DNA of 64,000 nt from the human T2T-CHM13v2.0 reference genome, Homo sapiens, in the NCBI RefSeq assembly GCF_009914755.1, contig NC_060935.1. One strand, given 5' to 3'. Within the stretch, counting starts at the first letter, position 1. Each line of letters begins with the position of its first letter. A model generated the notes under the pieces. The model ran no database searches. It was not told where the DNA came from and saw only the letters and a list, made by a program, of their open reading frames with translations. Below are positions 13,468 through 24,368 of the stretch, in pieces. The translations under genes and the position numbers were made by a program.

Positions 13468-13890
13468 GAATTTCCAGCCAAGATGGAGTAACAAAGACTG
13501 ATTTACCCTCCCACCTGAAAAAATAATGTTTAAAACAAAACAAGAAAAAAAATGAAACAACGGTTTCCAGGACAATAGACATCAGGACAGTGATCCCTGA
13601 GAGATGGGAAGAAAACAAAGTGAGCCCTAGGATTGCCCCAACTTCCTGCCTGCAGAGAGATTTAATTCCACATACAGGGAAGGGGAGCCCAGACAGAGCC
13701 CAGAGGACTTTCTGAGTTGAGGAGACAAAGTTTAGACTTTGGGGAGGCCAAGGCAGTGAGAGTTCAAGGGCAGAGTACCACAGAGGAGGGACTGCACAAA
13801 GAGCACTCCAGAGACCTGCAAAGCATCCCTGTCGAGTCCCCGGCTGAGCATTGACCTGAACCTGCAGGTGAAGAAACCACCCAAGAACCT
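13468..13890 (+). mobile_element. Old L1M 5'-end fragment
   Basis: Starts 'ttccagccaagatggagtaacaaagactg', typical of L1MC/MD 5' ends. Confidence 0.6.
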
Positions 13891-14349
13891 ACTCATGGAG
13901 CTGGAAGAGTTTCAGTGTGGTGAGGAGTTTGAGGAGGGGTGAGGACAGGGGCTGTCAAGTGGATCTCATGTGAAAGGCTACTAAACAAGGCAATCTGTGA
14001 ATGCTACCAGAACAGGGAGGCAGAGTCATCGTCTGGAGACCATGGGTTGGAACTAGGAGAGATGAAAGATGTGAGGCTTAAGGGGCAGGGCAGTGGATGG
14101 TGTATAGCAGGACATCTTCCCTAAGGTTCCAGGCACTCTGTTGCTGTGCTCTTTCATAGGTACATAAATGGCTTTTGAAAGGGCCACCCTGAGATAAATA
14201 CTCAGAAAGTTCTAAGTCTTAAAATGGTCATCCATTAACACAAACCAGTCTTAAGAAACCAACTTGTGTAGAAGACTTATTGCTTTGCCTCCCAGCACCC
14301 TCTCTGTTCTAGAAAGGATAACTTTCTTTCTTCTAGTCAACTGCATGGC

Positions 14350-14630
14350 ATCCCCCTCCTCCTACAACCCAGGGCTTTAATGGGAGTGGGCATGTTCTTC
14401 CATGAGCCCACAGAGAGTGGACACTAGGCCTATCTAAGTTGCTGGGCTAGCCCCTTGTCCACTGCAACTCATCAGGAGGTAGACACATGGTCTGAGCCAG
14501 GCCAATCAGAACTCTTCCTCTGAATTTTGCTTTTACACAAGAGCTGGCAGTAAGACTTCTTTCCTCTATGGTGGTAAATCTAGGACGATGGAAGCCTGGA
14601 AATTGCTGGTAGCAATGTCCTCAAGGAAAA
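14350..14630 (+). mobile_element. Ancient ERVL/MaLR LTR fragment
   Basis: 'gagccaggccaatcagaactcttcc' motif shared by LTR16/LTR33/MLT1K-type LTRs. Confidence 0.45.
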
Positions 14631-14787
14631 AGTTTTTTTTATGATGGATGCCAAAACTAATTCAAGCTGGTTTTCTCTCATCTACCTTAAAAGAAGAGCT
14701 GAGGAAGACACTGTACTTTCCTGTATCTGTTCTCTGGAGTAAGAGAGAATACATTTATTTCTTATTCCCATGACACTCCTTTAGATA

Positions 14788-15026
14788 CAGCTCGAGTACC
14801 CTGTATTTGAAAATCCAAAATTCTAATGCTCCAAAATTCAAAACTTTTTGAATATTGATATGATGCTCAAAGGAAATACTCATTGGACATTTCAGATTTC
14901 AGACTTTTAGATTAGGAATGCTGAACCAGTAAGTATAATGCAAATATTTCAAAATTCAAAAAAAAAAAAATCAAAACCTGAAACACTTCTTGTCCCAAGC
15001 ATTTTGGATAAGAAATATTCAACCTG
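14788..15026 (-). mobile_element. Tigger4a-like (MER46/Zombi) DNA transposon MITE
   Basis: 239 bp, CAG...CTG termini, TA on both sides; reverse strand begins 'caggttgaatatttcttatccaaaatgcttgggacaagaagtg'. Confidence 0.85.
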
Positions 15027-15049
15027 TATTTTAAAATAGATATTATGTC

Positions 15050-15500
15050 TTTCCTAAGCTTCATCTACTCTTTTCCAGGAAAAAAGCCCAGTTCTTTCAA
15101 CTATTCCTCATGGGCCATGGCTTCCAGGCCCCTGGTCACTTTACCAGGGTGTTCTCTAGTTGTCTGTGACTTTCCTGAAATATGTAGACCCAATATGCAA
15201 GTTGCTCCCAACTTGGTCTTATTTATTAGTGCCTGGAAATACTCTGGGCACAAATTCTTCTATTTCTACAAACCAAAATAAGGTCAATGTTTTAGGCAGC
15301 TGCATTATTCTTGGGTAATTTGAGATGGAAATTATTCTAAATCTCCTGATTCTGCATGAATTACTGCAAAGCCAGATATCCCTAACCCTATAGTTTAACT
15401 ATCTGAATGAAAGACTTCACATTTTTTCATGTTCACTTTCATCTCACTTTCTTAACCCCATGCCCCATCCCGTTATGATAATTAAAAATGATTCTTTCAT
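15050..15500 (-). mobile_element. CR1/L3 fragment
   Basis: 'cccagttctttcaactattcctcatgggccatggcttccaggcccc' resembles L3. Confidence 0.55.
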
Positions 15501-15685
15501 CTGTATGTAATATTGGTTGGCAGTCCTAAACATGAGACAATCGGGCTTAACCCGATTGTCAGGTTAGGCCAGGACCATAAACAGAACTTTTGGAGACCTG
15601 TGGACATACTCGCTGCTTGGCCATATGAGCCCTTAAAAGGTAAGTCTCTCTGTCAGGTGGGCAGAGGTGACTGGTGTCTTCTTAC

Positions 15686-17261
15686 CATTCCAGTTGATGA
15701 AAACCAGAGCTGCCTGATCTTGTATTTAATCCTTTCCACTATCTATTAAAATTCACTAAAGCTTGCTAAGCTTCATTTCCTTGAAAGCCTATCAGGTTTC
15801 AGTTTCATCAAAGTCAAGTGTATTTAATTAACACAATCCAATTCATCCTGGAAGTGGTCAGGTTCTCCAAAAGGTACTCAATAGAGCTACTGGTGTTTTT
15901 ATAGGAATTAAACATATGATACAATAGACAAAAATAAGCATGCTTTATACATGCCATTACCACTACCTCTTTTGCATACAATTGAATAAATTACCTTTTG
16001 TTATGAAACATTAATCTTCTTTTCTCAGCAGAGTAATTCCCATCTCAGATTTAGCCTGCTAAGGAGTGCCTTGGGAACCAAACTTTAGCAATCTTGTACT
16101 GGCAGAATGAAGAGAAGACACCATCCTTTGGAGAGGACAGCTTATTTTGTGATGTCAAAATTTTGCCCTTCTGGCCTAATCGGAGGTATTTAAAGCCCTC
16201 ATTAGGTTGCCTTCCCTGGTGCTCTGGAATACAAGAAAAGATCAAACACGTAGGCAAAAGATTGCACACAGGAAGCCTAGTAGTTACAGTCAAACTAACC
16301 CAGCAGGGCACACCAGCAGAAATTTTTAAGGAATTGGTACAAATACCTCAGTCTTCATGCTTCAAGAGGCTTCTCTGTAATCAGTTACATAGCACCCCCC
16401 AAAACATATGCTTGTGTCCTGGGAACCTACCTTATTACTTTACATGTCAAAAGATTGAGTGTTATTGTACTTGGAAAATAAGTGTCTTTGCAGATGTAAT
16501 TAAGTTAAGGATCTTGTGATGAAAAGATCATCCTGGATTATCTAAATGAGCCCTAATTCCAAAGACAGATGTCCTTATAAGAGAAAGATGGAGAGACGAC
16601 ACAGAGAAAAGAGGAGAAGGTGAGTGAAGATGAAGGTAGAGATTGAAACCATGTGGCCACAAGCCAAGGAATGCCAGCAGCCACCAGAAACTGGAAGAGA
16701 CAAGGAAGGATTCTCTCTTAATACCTCCAGAGGGAGTGCAGCCCTGTCAACACTTGATTGCCATCTTCTGGCCTCTGGAACTATAAGACAATACATTTCT
16801 CTGGTTTTAACTGCCAAGTTTATAATAATTTGCTACCATAGTTATAGGAAACAAATGCACTCCCTATAGGCAGCTAATATTTGGGGGAGTGTCAACAGGG
16901 AAAATGTGGTGGCACCCCCAATATGTGCACCAAAAAGTGCAGATCTCACAATAGCCTATATTTATCCCCCCTGTTACCAGCTGGGTCATAATGTTAGCCT
17001 GCCCCTACCCTTTTCCTGAGACTTCAAAGATTGCCTGCTGTGATCCTATGACTTTAGTCTGCTTAAGCCTGTTTGCTATTGCTATTACTTTAACCTAATT
17101 TTATATGGATACACATCTTGGGAGGGTATGGCAGTGAAGAGATTATTGACTGGGCTTTCTTAATTCAACAGGCTCCAGGAATGAAAAAAATGGGAGGAGT
17201 ATCCAATAAGGGTTGGGCCAGCCAAGCCACCAGCTGCCCAGATCTCCAATCTACAAGGTGC
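15686..17261 (-). pseudogene. Candidate decayed exons with DUF4549/CCDC162-like motifs (17009-17261, 15995-16223, about 15835-15900, 15686-15742); MLT1C lies in an intron
   Basis: Strong acceptors (cttatgttttcag, cttttcttgtattccag) and donors (aag|gtaatt, atg|gtaaga); peptides NNLFTAIPSQDVYPYKIR, LRWELLC*EKKI, IEYLLENLTTS. Confidence 0.5.
16377..16859 (+). mobile_element. MLT1C-like MaLR solo LTR
   Basis: 'gtctttgcagatgtaattaagttaagg', 'gccaaggaatgccagcagccaccagaaactggaaga', ends 'ggaaacaaatgca'. Confidence 0.85.
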
Positions 17262-17644
17262 CTGAAAACATAAGATGAATAGATTGGAACTGCAGGGTCA
17301 TTTAACTCAGATTTTTCACACTAAACTTCTAACATAAGCAGCAAAATGTAAATTTGTTCCTTTCTCACCAGAGTAGACAAAATTATCGAGAAAAAATAAA
17401 GTAAATGACTTATTTCCACCCATCTATGCTGTTTCTTTTAGTGCACACAATTAAATATAGGCTAAGCCAGCCCTTCATTACCATTTCTTTCATCTCAGTG
17501 CTCGCTTTTTAAATTTCAAAAGTTCCTTCCTATTTTCTGAATCATTCCTTTCTTGTAGCACCCAATTCCTTTTTTCTATGGATATAATATTATCTTGAAT
17601 TTCTCTGAGAGATACTAATGAAAGTTTTTAAGATTTGTGTGATT

Positions 17645-17928
17645 AGCCTGAGATGACCATGCTGTGAGAAGACCAAGCCACACAGAAAGAGAGAAAGGCT
17701 AAGGAGAAGCAGAACGCCAGGCTGGTGAGTAAGAAGCCACATTGGGCATCCATCCCAAATGAGCTTCATATGACTCCACCCCCCTGCCATCTGACTGTAA
17801 CTATATGAGAGACCCCAAGTGAGAACCAGGTAGTCCCAGACAACCTACAGAGCCATGAGAGATAATGATAAATTATTATTTTAAGCCACGGAGTTTGGAA
17901 GTCATTTATTCAACAATAATAAATAGGT
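17645..17928 (+). mobile_element. MLT1G/H-like MaLR LTR 3' part
   Basis: 'atgagagaccccaagtgagaacc...ttttaagccacggagtttgg'. Confidence 0.7.
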
Positions 17929-17934
17929 CACCTG

Positions 17935-18060
17935 GATATCCCAATTACTGTGATTCAATGTTTATACATTATATGAAAGTATCCAAATATCATATGTACC
18001 AAGAAAATATGTACATCTATTAGGTATCAGTTTAAAAACTAGCCTAAAAATAAATAAATA
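17935..18060 (+). mobile_element. L1MA 3' terminal fragment
   Basis: 'tatcatatgtaccaagaaaatatgtacatctattaggtatcag' followed by an A-rich tail. Confidence 0.6.
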
Positions 18061-18109
18061 AATCACCAGAACACATGGTTTTCCATTCATATTTAAAATG
18101 TGGCAATTG

Positions 18110-18325
18110 GGCTGTGTGCAGTGCCTCATGTCTGTAATCCCAGCACTTTGGGAGACCAAAGCAGGTGGATCGCTTGAGCCCAGAACTTTCAGACCAGCCT
18201 GGGAAACATGACAAAACCCCGTCTCTATCAAAAATACAAAAATTAGCCGGTCTCATAACCCAGTCTCAAGAAAAATTTTAAATTTAAATTTTAAAATATA
18301 AACTACAAAAATTAAAAAAAATATA
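18110..18325 (+). mobile_element. Short AluJ derivative (left arm, 'ccggtctcataacccagtctc', A-rich tail)
   Basis: Right arm replaced by about 20 nt; TSD taaaatgtggcaattg / taaaatgtggtcattg. Confidence 0.85.
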
Positions 18326-18881
18326 TAAAATGTGGTCATTGGAAGCATCTTGGCCAGGCATATTGAGATGGCAACCTTCATGCAAAGGAGACTGAACAGC
18401 AAGCCAGTCATTATCATTGCGACCTTAAATATTACAACGTAGAAGGTTTTCCTTCAGAGCACACACACCTATACCAGTCACCCTAGGTCTCTTTGATAGT
18501 TTTTTAGGGAAAAAAAAAAACACGATTTTTTTTTCTTGGCCTGAGTTTAAAAACATGCTGCAAGCTTCTTCTCTTTGGAGTGGCTGAAAGCAAAGAAAGG
18601 ATGGGGTAGAATGTGTCAAATACTCCATATACACACCTTAACTCTGTTTCCACTGTAATTCTTGCCATCTGACTCATCTCCCTCTGAAGACTTTCTGGGG
18701 CACTGAATGGGAGCCACATTCCCTTCCTAACTGTAGTCACTTGATTGGGTTTTCTCAGCTCCAGCCTCTCCCCTCCAAGGCTTCTCAGTCATGACTTCTT
18801 TGGCTTTGCATCTTCCAGAAATTTGTTGAGATCTTTGTCTGGGTAATGGAACTCTTCCAAATTCTCTGTTTTATTCTCATG

Positions 18882-18883
<2 letters not shown>

Positions 18884-18918
<35 letters not shown>

Positions 18919-18930
18919 TGTGTGTGCGTG
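18884..18930. repeat. (TG)n microsatellite
   Basis: Direct reading. Confidence 0.95.
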
Positions 18931-21484
18931 TTGGGGTAGGAGTAATGCCTCATTTTATTTATTTAAAATCATTTAAAATTTGGTTGTATATTATTTTAAA
19001 TTTAAATAAAAATAGAGTGTTCACTCTACATTCTGGAATCCATGTTTTATCTACATTTAAAACACATTAACATGTCTCTTAAAAAGTTTTCCAGATTGAA
19101 TAATTTTAAATAATTTTTATAAAAAACTAGTAATCAAAAATACAAAAAAAATCATTTCTCCTTTCAGTCTGGATGTAAAATTTTGCAAGCACACCACTCT
19201 CAGCCTAACCATCAGAACAGGTCAGATAAGCTATAAAATCATAGATTTTTAAAACTCGTTACAGAAGGAGAATACCAAAAAAAAAAGAAATAAATTCCAG
19301 AAAATCAGGATCCCTTTATGGGAGAGGAGATTTATTGCTACTCTTATTCCTAGTGAAATGGCAGAAAGAGGTAAAATACATGAAAATGTAGCAGGAAGAA
19401 CTTCTAAGAAAATTCTGACGAACCTGTGAAGGCTATATGTAGACTGACATGGGAGATTAGAATCCAAAGGAGCTGCAGCCACAGAGTAAGTGTCCACCCA
19501 CTCACCAATCCCATAAGTCTTGACACAGTTTTGAGGAATAGCATGTATGCCAAAAAGAAGGGGTGAGAGCTGAGAGAAATCCACTATGCAACAAATGAGA
19601 CCACTACCAAATGCAAGAGAATATACCAGTTGAAATCAGGGGGAGGGATATAATTAAAGAGCTGAGAGAAACACAACAGAAACACTCTAGGCTCTCAGGC
19701 TGAAGGCAAAGAGAAGAGTTGAAACAACTAGCACCTCAGGCATTCCAGACTATAACCAATGGGAGATTGGAGTGGAGAGTAAAAGCTGAATAAAGTTCTT
19801 AAGGAACTCCACTCTAGGCTTTCAACTACCAAAGACTGGGCATGAGGCGAAAGATCTGAAAGAAACCTCTCTATTCCTACCAGTCAGTCACAGAGGCTGG
19901 GAATGCTGGCCTAAGAGTACCCAAAGGTGGAGCACCAGAACTGAAAATAATATACCCAGGATCAGAAAGATGAGAACTGGACTCATAAGAAAAGAGAATT
20001 CCTGAGAGACCCAAAGGATAAGCAGTTGGACTATAAATCAAGGAGAGATATCCCACAGCTCAGAAAGTTTATATCTGTTCTCCAAGCTCAAACACCTAGA
20101 AAGAAATGTCCTTATTCTATCCTTAAAATATTTAGTCACGGATTAATTGAATCAAACTAAAACCATGACAAAGACCAGACCCAATTCAACTACAGATTGG
20201 TGGCCTGACATAAGAAAGCATATGGCCTTCTCTGAAAACAAATGTTATTTACTTAAGTTCCTCCTTTTCTTGTATAAAAAAATGTCCAGGAAAAATCAAA
20301 ACTCACACACACAAAATAAAAAAGAAGGAAAAGCTACACATAGTCAAGAGAGAAAGTAGTCAATAGAAACAGATACAGAGATGACCTAGAGGACAGAAAA
20401 GAACTTTAAAATAACTATGGAAAAATGCTAACAAAACTGATGTAAAATATACATAAAATCAATGAAGTGAGTGAACATGTCAGCAGAAACAAAAACTATA
20501 AACCAGAACTAAGTAAAAATGCTAGAAATAAAAATATAATATCAAAAATGAAGAAAATATTAGATGAGCTTAACAGCAGAATGGACACAAACAAGGAAAG
20601 AATTAGTGAACTGGAAGACAAGTACAAAAGAAAGTATACAAACTGAAATAAAAAGACAAAACAAAGTGGGATAAAAAACAAGAAGAGGACATTCAAGATG
20701 GGTGAAGCAATGTCAACAGTCTAATTAATATGTGTAAATGGACTACCAGAAAGAGAGAAAACAAAAAATGAAGCCAAAATATTTGAAGAAATAGTGTCTG
20801 AGAGTGTATACCTGGGAAATTGACCTAGAACAATCAATAGACAAATGCCATTAATAGTATTAGAAAATTTACTTTAAGCCTACAAGAAATCAAGGAATGC
20901 TGTATTTCTAAGCCTTGTGAGGAGTCTAGTAGAGGACAAGCTCCGTCCAGAAAATAGATAACTGGAGAATCTTGGGCAAAAGGCTGATGGTAAACATTGA
21001 ATGTATTTAAATGTAGAACTAAAACTAAAATAATAGTGAACACAAGAGTGGACGAATAGTTTGTAAATATTACAAAGCAAAAATAAAACAACTAAAATCA
21101 ATAAGGAAAAGAAAATGGGGAAAACAAAAATCTCATTGACTGACATATATAAAGTAAGTAGGCGGTAAAGGATATCCGTTAAGTCTTACAAACTCAATAG
21201 TAATAGCCTATGTAAGAATAGAGGGGACTACAGACACTAATAATTATTAGTATAAAGATGAATACTGGAACAAACAAAGCAAAACTTCCTACATACCAAA
21301 ATAATTACCAAAAAAAGGTCCAAAAAATCACATAAAGAAAAACATTAAATTAACAAGAAGAGAACAACATGGTTTTTTCTTCTAATGGGCAACTAAAGAC
21401 TCAACAGGTAAATCATAAAACAGGATTACCAAATAATCAATAAACATATGAAGAAATGCCTAACAGTAACGAGCTACCTGTATA

Positions 21485-21818
21485 CAGTCAGCCCTCTATA
21501 TCCATGAGTTCTACATTGATTGATTCAATCAATTATGGATTGAAAATATTTTAAAACATTATATCTATACTAAACATGTGCAGACTTTTTTTGGTCATTA
21601 TTCTCTAAACAAGAATATGACAACTATTTACATAGCATTTATATTGTATTAGGTATTATAAGTAATCTAGAGTTGATTTAGTGTATGGGAGGATATATAT
21701 ATGTTTATGTTATATGCAAATACTACACCATTTTATATTGGGAACTTGAACATGTATGGATTTTGGCATTAGAGGGAGATCCTGAAACCAATTCCCCATG
21801 GGTTCCCAAGGATAACTG
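21485..21818 (-). mobile_element. MER2 DNA transposon
   Basis: CAGTC...AACTG termini; 'gtattaggtattataagtaatctagag', 'gttatatgcaaatactacaccattttata'. Confidence 0.88.
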
Positions 21819-22124
21819 TGTGCACTTTGGAGTGACTAAAAATTAAAAACTAACAATACAAACTGTTGGAGTACATGAGGAGTAAACTAAAGTCATGTAC
21901 CATGAGGATAGGTATGTAAATTGGTACAACCGCTTTGAAAAACCATGTAAGCAGTATTTACTAAACCTGAATATTTGCATACTCTATGATCTAGAAATTG
22001 GCCCCTAGCTATGTATGTATTATCCAGCAGAAACGTATTCACATGTTCACATGTAAAAATGAATAAGCACATTCACAGCAGTTTTATTTATAATAGACTA
22101 AAACTGAAATGAACACAAACATCT

Positions 22125-22957
22125 ATGGAATACTAAAGGAAAAATTGTTTCTGTTACAACACTTCTGACATCAAATGGGTGGGGTTTCCACACAAAGCAA
22201 TTCTCCAATTCTTTGTGGACATCAACTGGCTGCCCTACAATTTAATTTAAATTGACATTACCCAAAGTAAGAGTAGACTCCACTTGTTAAGGGTTCAGTT
22301 CCACAAGACTGCTCCTCATTTCAGATGCCAATCACAAGTAGTAGGTTCCCAGATTACCCACACTTCTGTTCAACTTCTACAAATTGGGGGTCCCCACAAA
22401 CCTTTCTCAGGTTTGATAATTTGCTATAACAGCTCATAGAACTCAGGAAAACACTTTTTACCTATGTTTACCAGTTTATTATAAAGGATACAAATGAAGA
22501 GATATATAGAACAAGATCAAGAAGGGTCCCAAGCACAGAAGCTTTCGTCTTAAGGAGTTGGGGTGAACCACTCTCCCAGGAGATAGATGCATTCAGCAAC
22601 CTACAAGCTCTCTGAACTCCATGGTTTAGGGAAGCTTCCTCATGTAGGCATGATTATTAGTTCACTATCCAGCCCCTCACCCCTCCCCAGAGCTTTGGTG
22701 AGTGGAGCTGAGAGTTCCAACGTTTTGATCATGGCTTGGTCTTTCTGGCAACCAGCTCCCATCCTGAAGTTATCCAGGAGCCCAAGAGTCACCTCATTAA
22801 AATGAAAGATGCTCATCTAACTCAAGAAATTCCTATTTAAGAGCTGTATATAAGACATCCCAATTACCCCCATCATTCAGGAAATTACAAGGGCTTTAAA
22901 GGGTCTGTGTAAGGAACTGAAGGCAAATAACAGATATATATTTCTTATTATGTTACA
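22125..22957 (-). mobile_element. MER21-type LTR
   Basis: 'ccacaagactgctcctcatttcagatgccaatcacaagt', 'tttgataatttgctataacagctcatagaactcaggaaa'. Confidence 0.8.
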
Positions 22958-23979
22958 AATACCTAAATAAAGTACAGTATATTCATAAAGAGGAATACAA
23001 TACCGACACAACACATAGCTAAGTGAAGTCATTTCCTAGGCATAATTTTGAGCAAAAAGGCCAGACACAAAAGAGTACATACTATAGCAGTCCATTTATA
23101 TAAAATTTAAAAGTAGACAAACCTAATTTATAGTAATAGAAACAGAATTGGAAGGGGATATTAACCAAAAGTTGACATGTAGGATGCTTCTGAGTGCTAG
23201 TACTAATCTAGACCATGATCAGATGGTGGTTACCAGGGTTTGTCCATTTTCAAAATTCACTTACATAATTTTTGTCTACTTTATATATGTCATACTTCAA
23301 TTACAAGACTTTTTTTAAACTAAGCCTGAAAATAAATGAATGAAATTCCCAAAAGTCCAGAAAAAGAACAAATTAAACAAAGAGAAGGTAGAAAGAATAA
23401 AAATCATAAACCAGAAGTTATTAAGATAGAAAACAGAAAACAGTAGAAGTAATAAATCAATGAAAATTCTATTTGCTTGAAAAAAATCAGTGTAATAGAC
23501 AAGCCACTACCTAATCTAATCAATACAAAGGAATAAAGCACAGGAAGATGGTAGTGTAGGAAGCATCAGGAAACTCTCTCCTGCCAAGACAACAATTGCA
23601 CTGGCAGAATCTGTTTGTTGTAACTATTTTGTAACTATGAGGTCTATTTAAGGCTTATAACTTCCAAGGAAGACTTGTGGTTAATTTCAGTCAATTTTAG
23701 CTCTTAGCACAATAGCAGCTACCCATTCCCTCTTCCTAGCCCCATGGCAAACAGCTAAGCACATGTTCCTGGAGCACTCTTCACACAGTTTGTGGGAGCC
23801 AGAGTGGGCAACAATGGCCCTGTTATCCAAATAGCAAGGATCTGTGTTCTGATCAATGACTGCTGCTTGTAATCACAGAGGTGCAAAGAAGGAGGAGGCC
23901 ATTGTTGAACCTCCCCCCACTGCTTCAGGCCTCTCCGCCTCTGGCTGAAGTGACTTCCAGGAGATTTAAAGGACTGGTT

Positions 23980-24090
23980 CCCCTCCCTCTTCTTTCTTTC
24001 TCTTTCTTTGCCTTCCCCTCCCTTCCCCTTTCTTCCCCTCCCTTCCCCTTCCTCTTGCCCCCCCCACTTCCCTTCTCTTCCCTTTCTTTC
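23980..24090. repeat. CT-rich low-complexity tract (derived Alu tail)
   Basis: Polypyrimidine cccttcccct repeats adjoining the reverse Alu. Confidence 0.85.

Positions 24091-24368
<278 letters not shown>

Larger units (their letters stand above)
19150..23330 (+). mobile_element. Old L1ME-type sequence (5' region/ORF1 remnant and 3' fragments) interrupted by MER2 and MER21
   Basis: ORF1-like 'gaattagtgaactggaagac' and 'aaaatatttgaagaaatag'; 3' motifs 'gtaaattggtacaaccgctttgaaaaac'. Confidence 0.65.
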
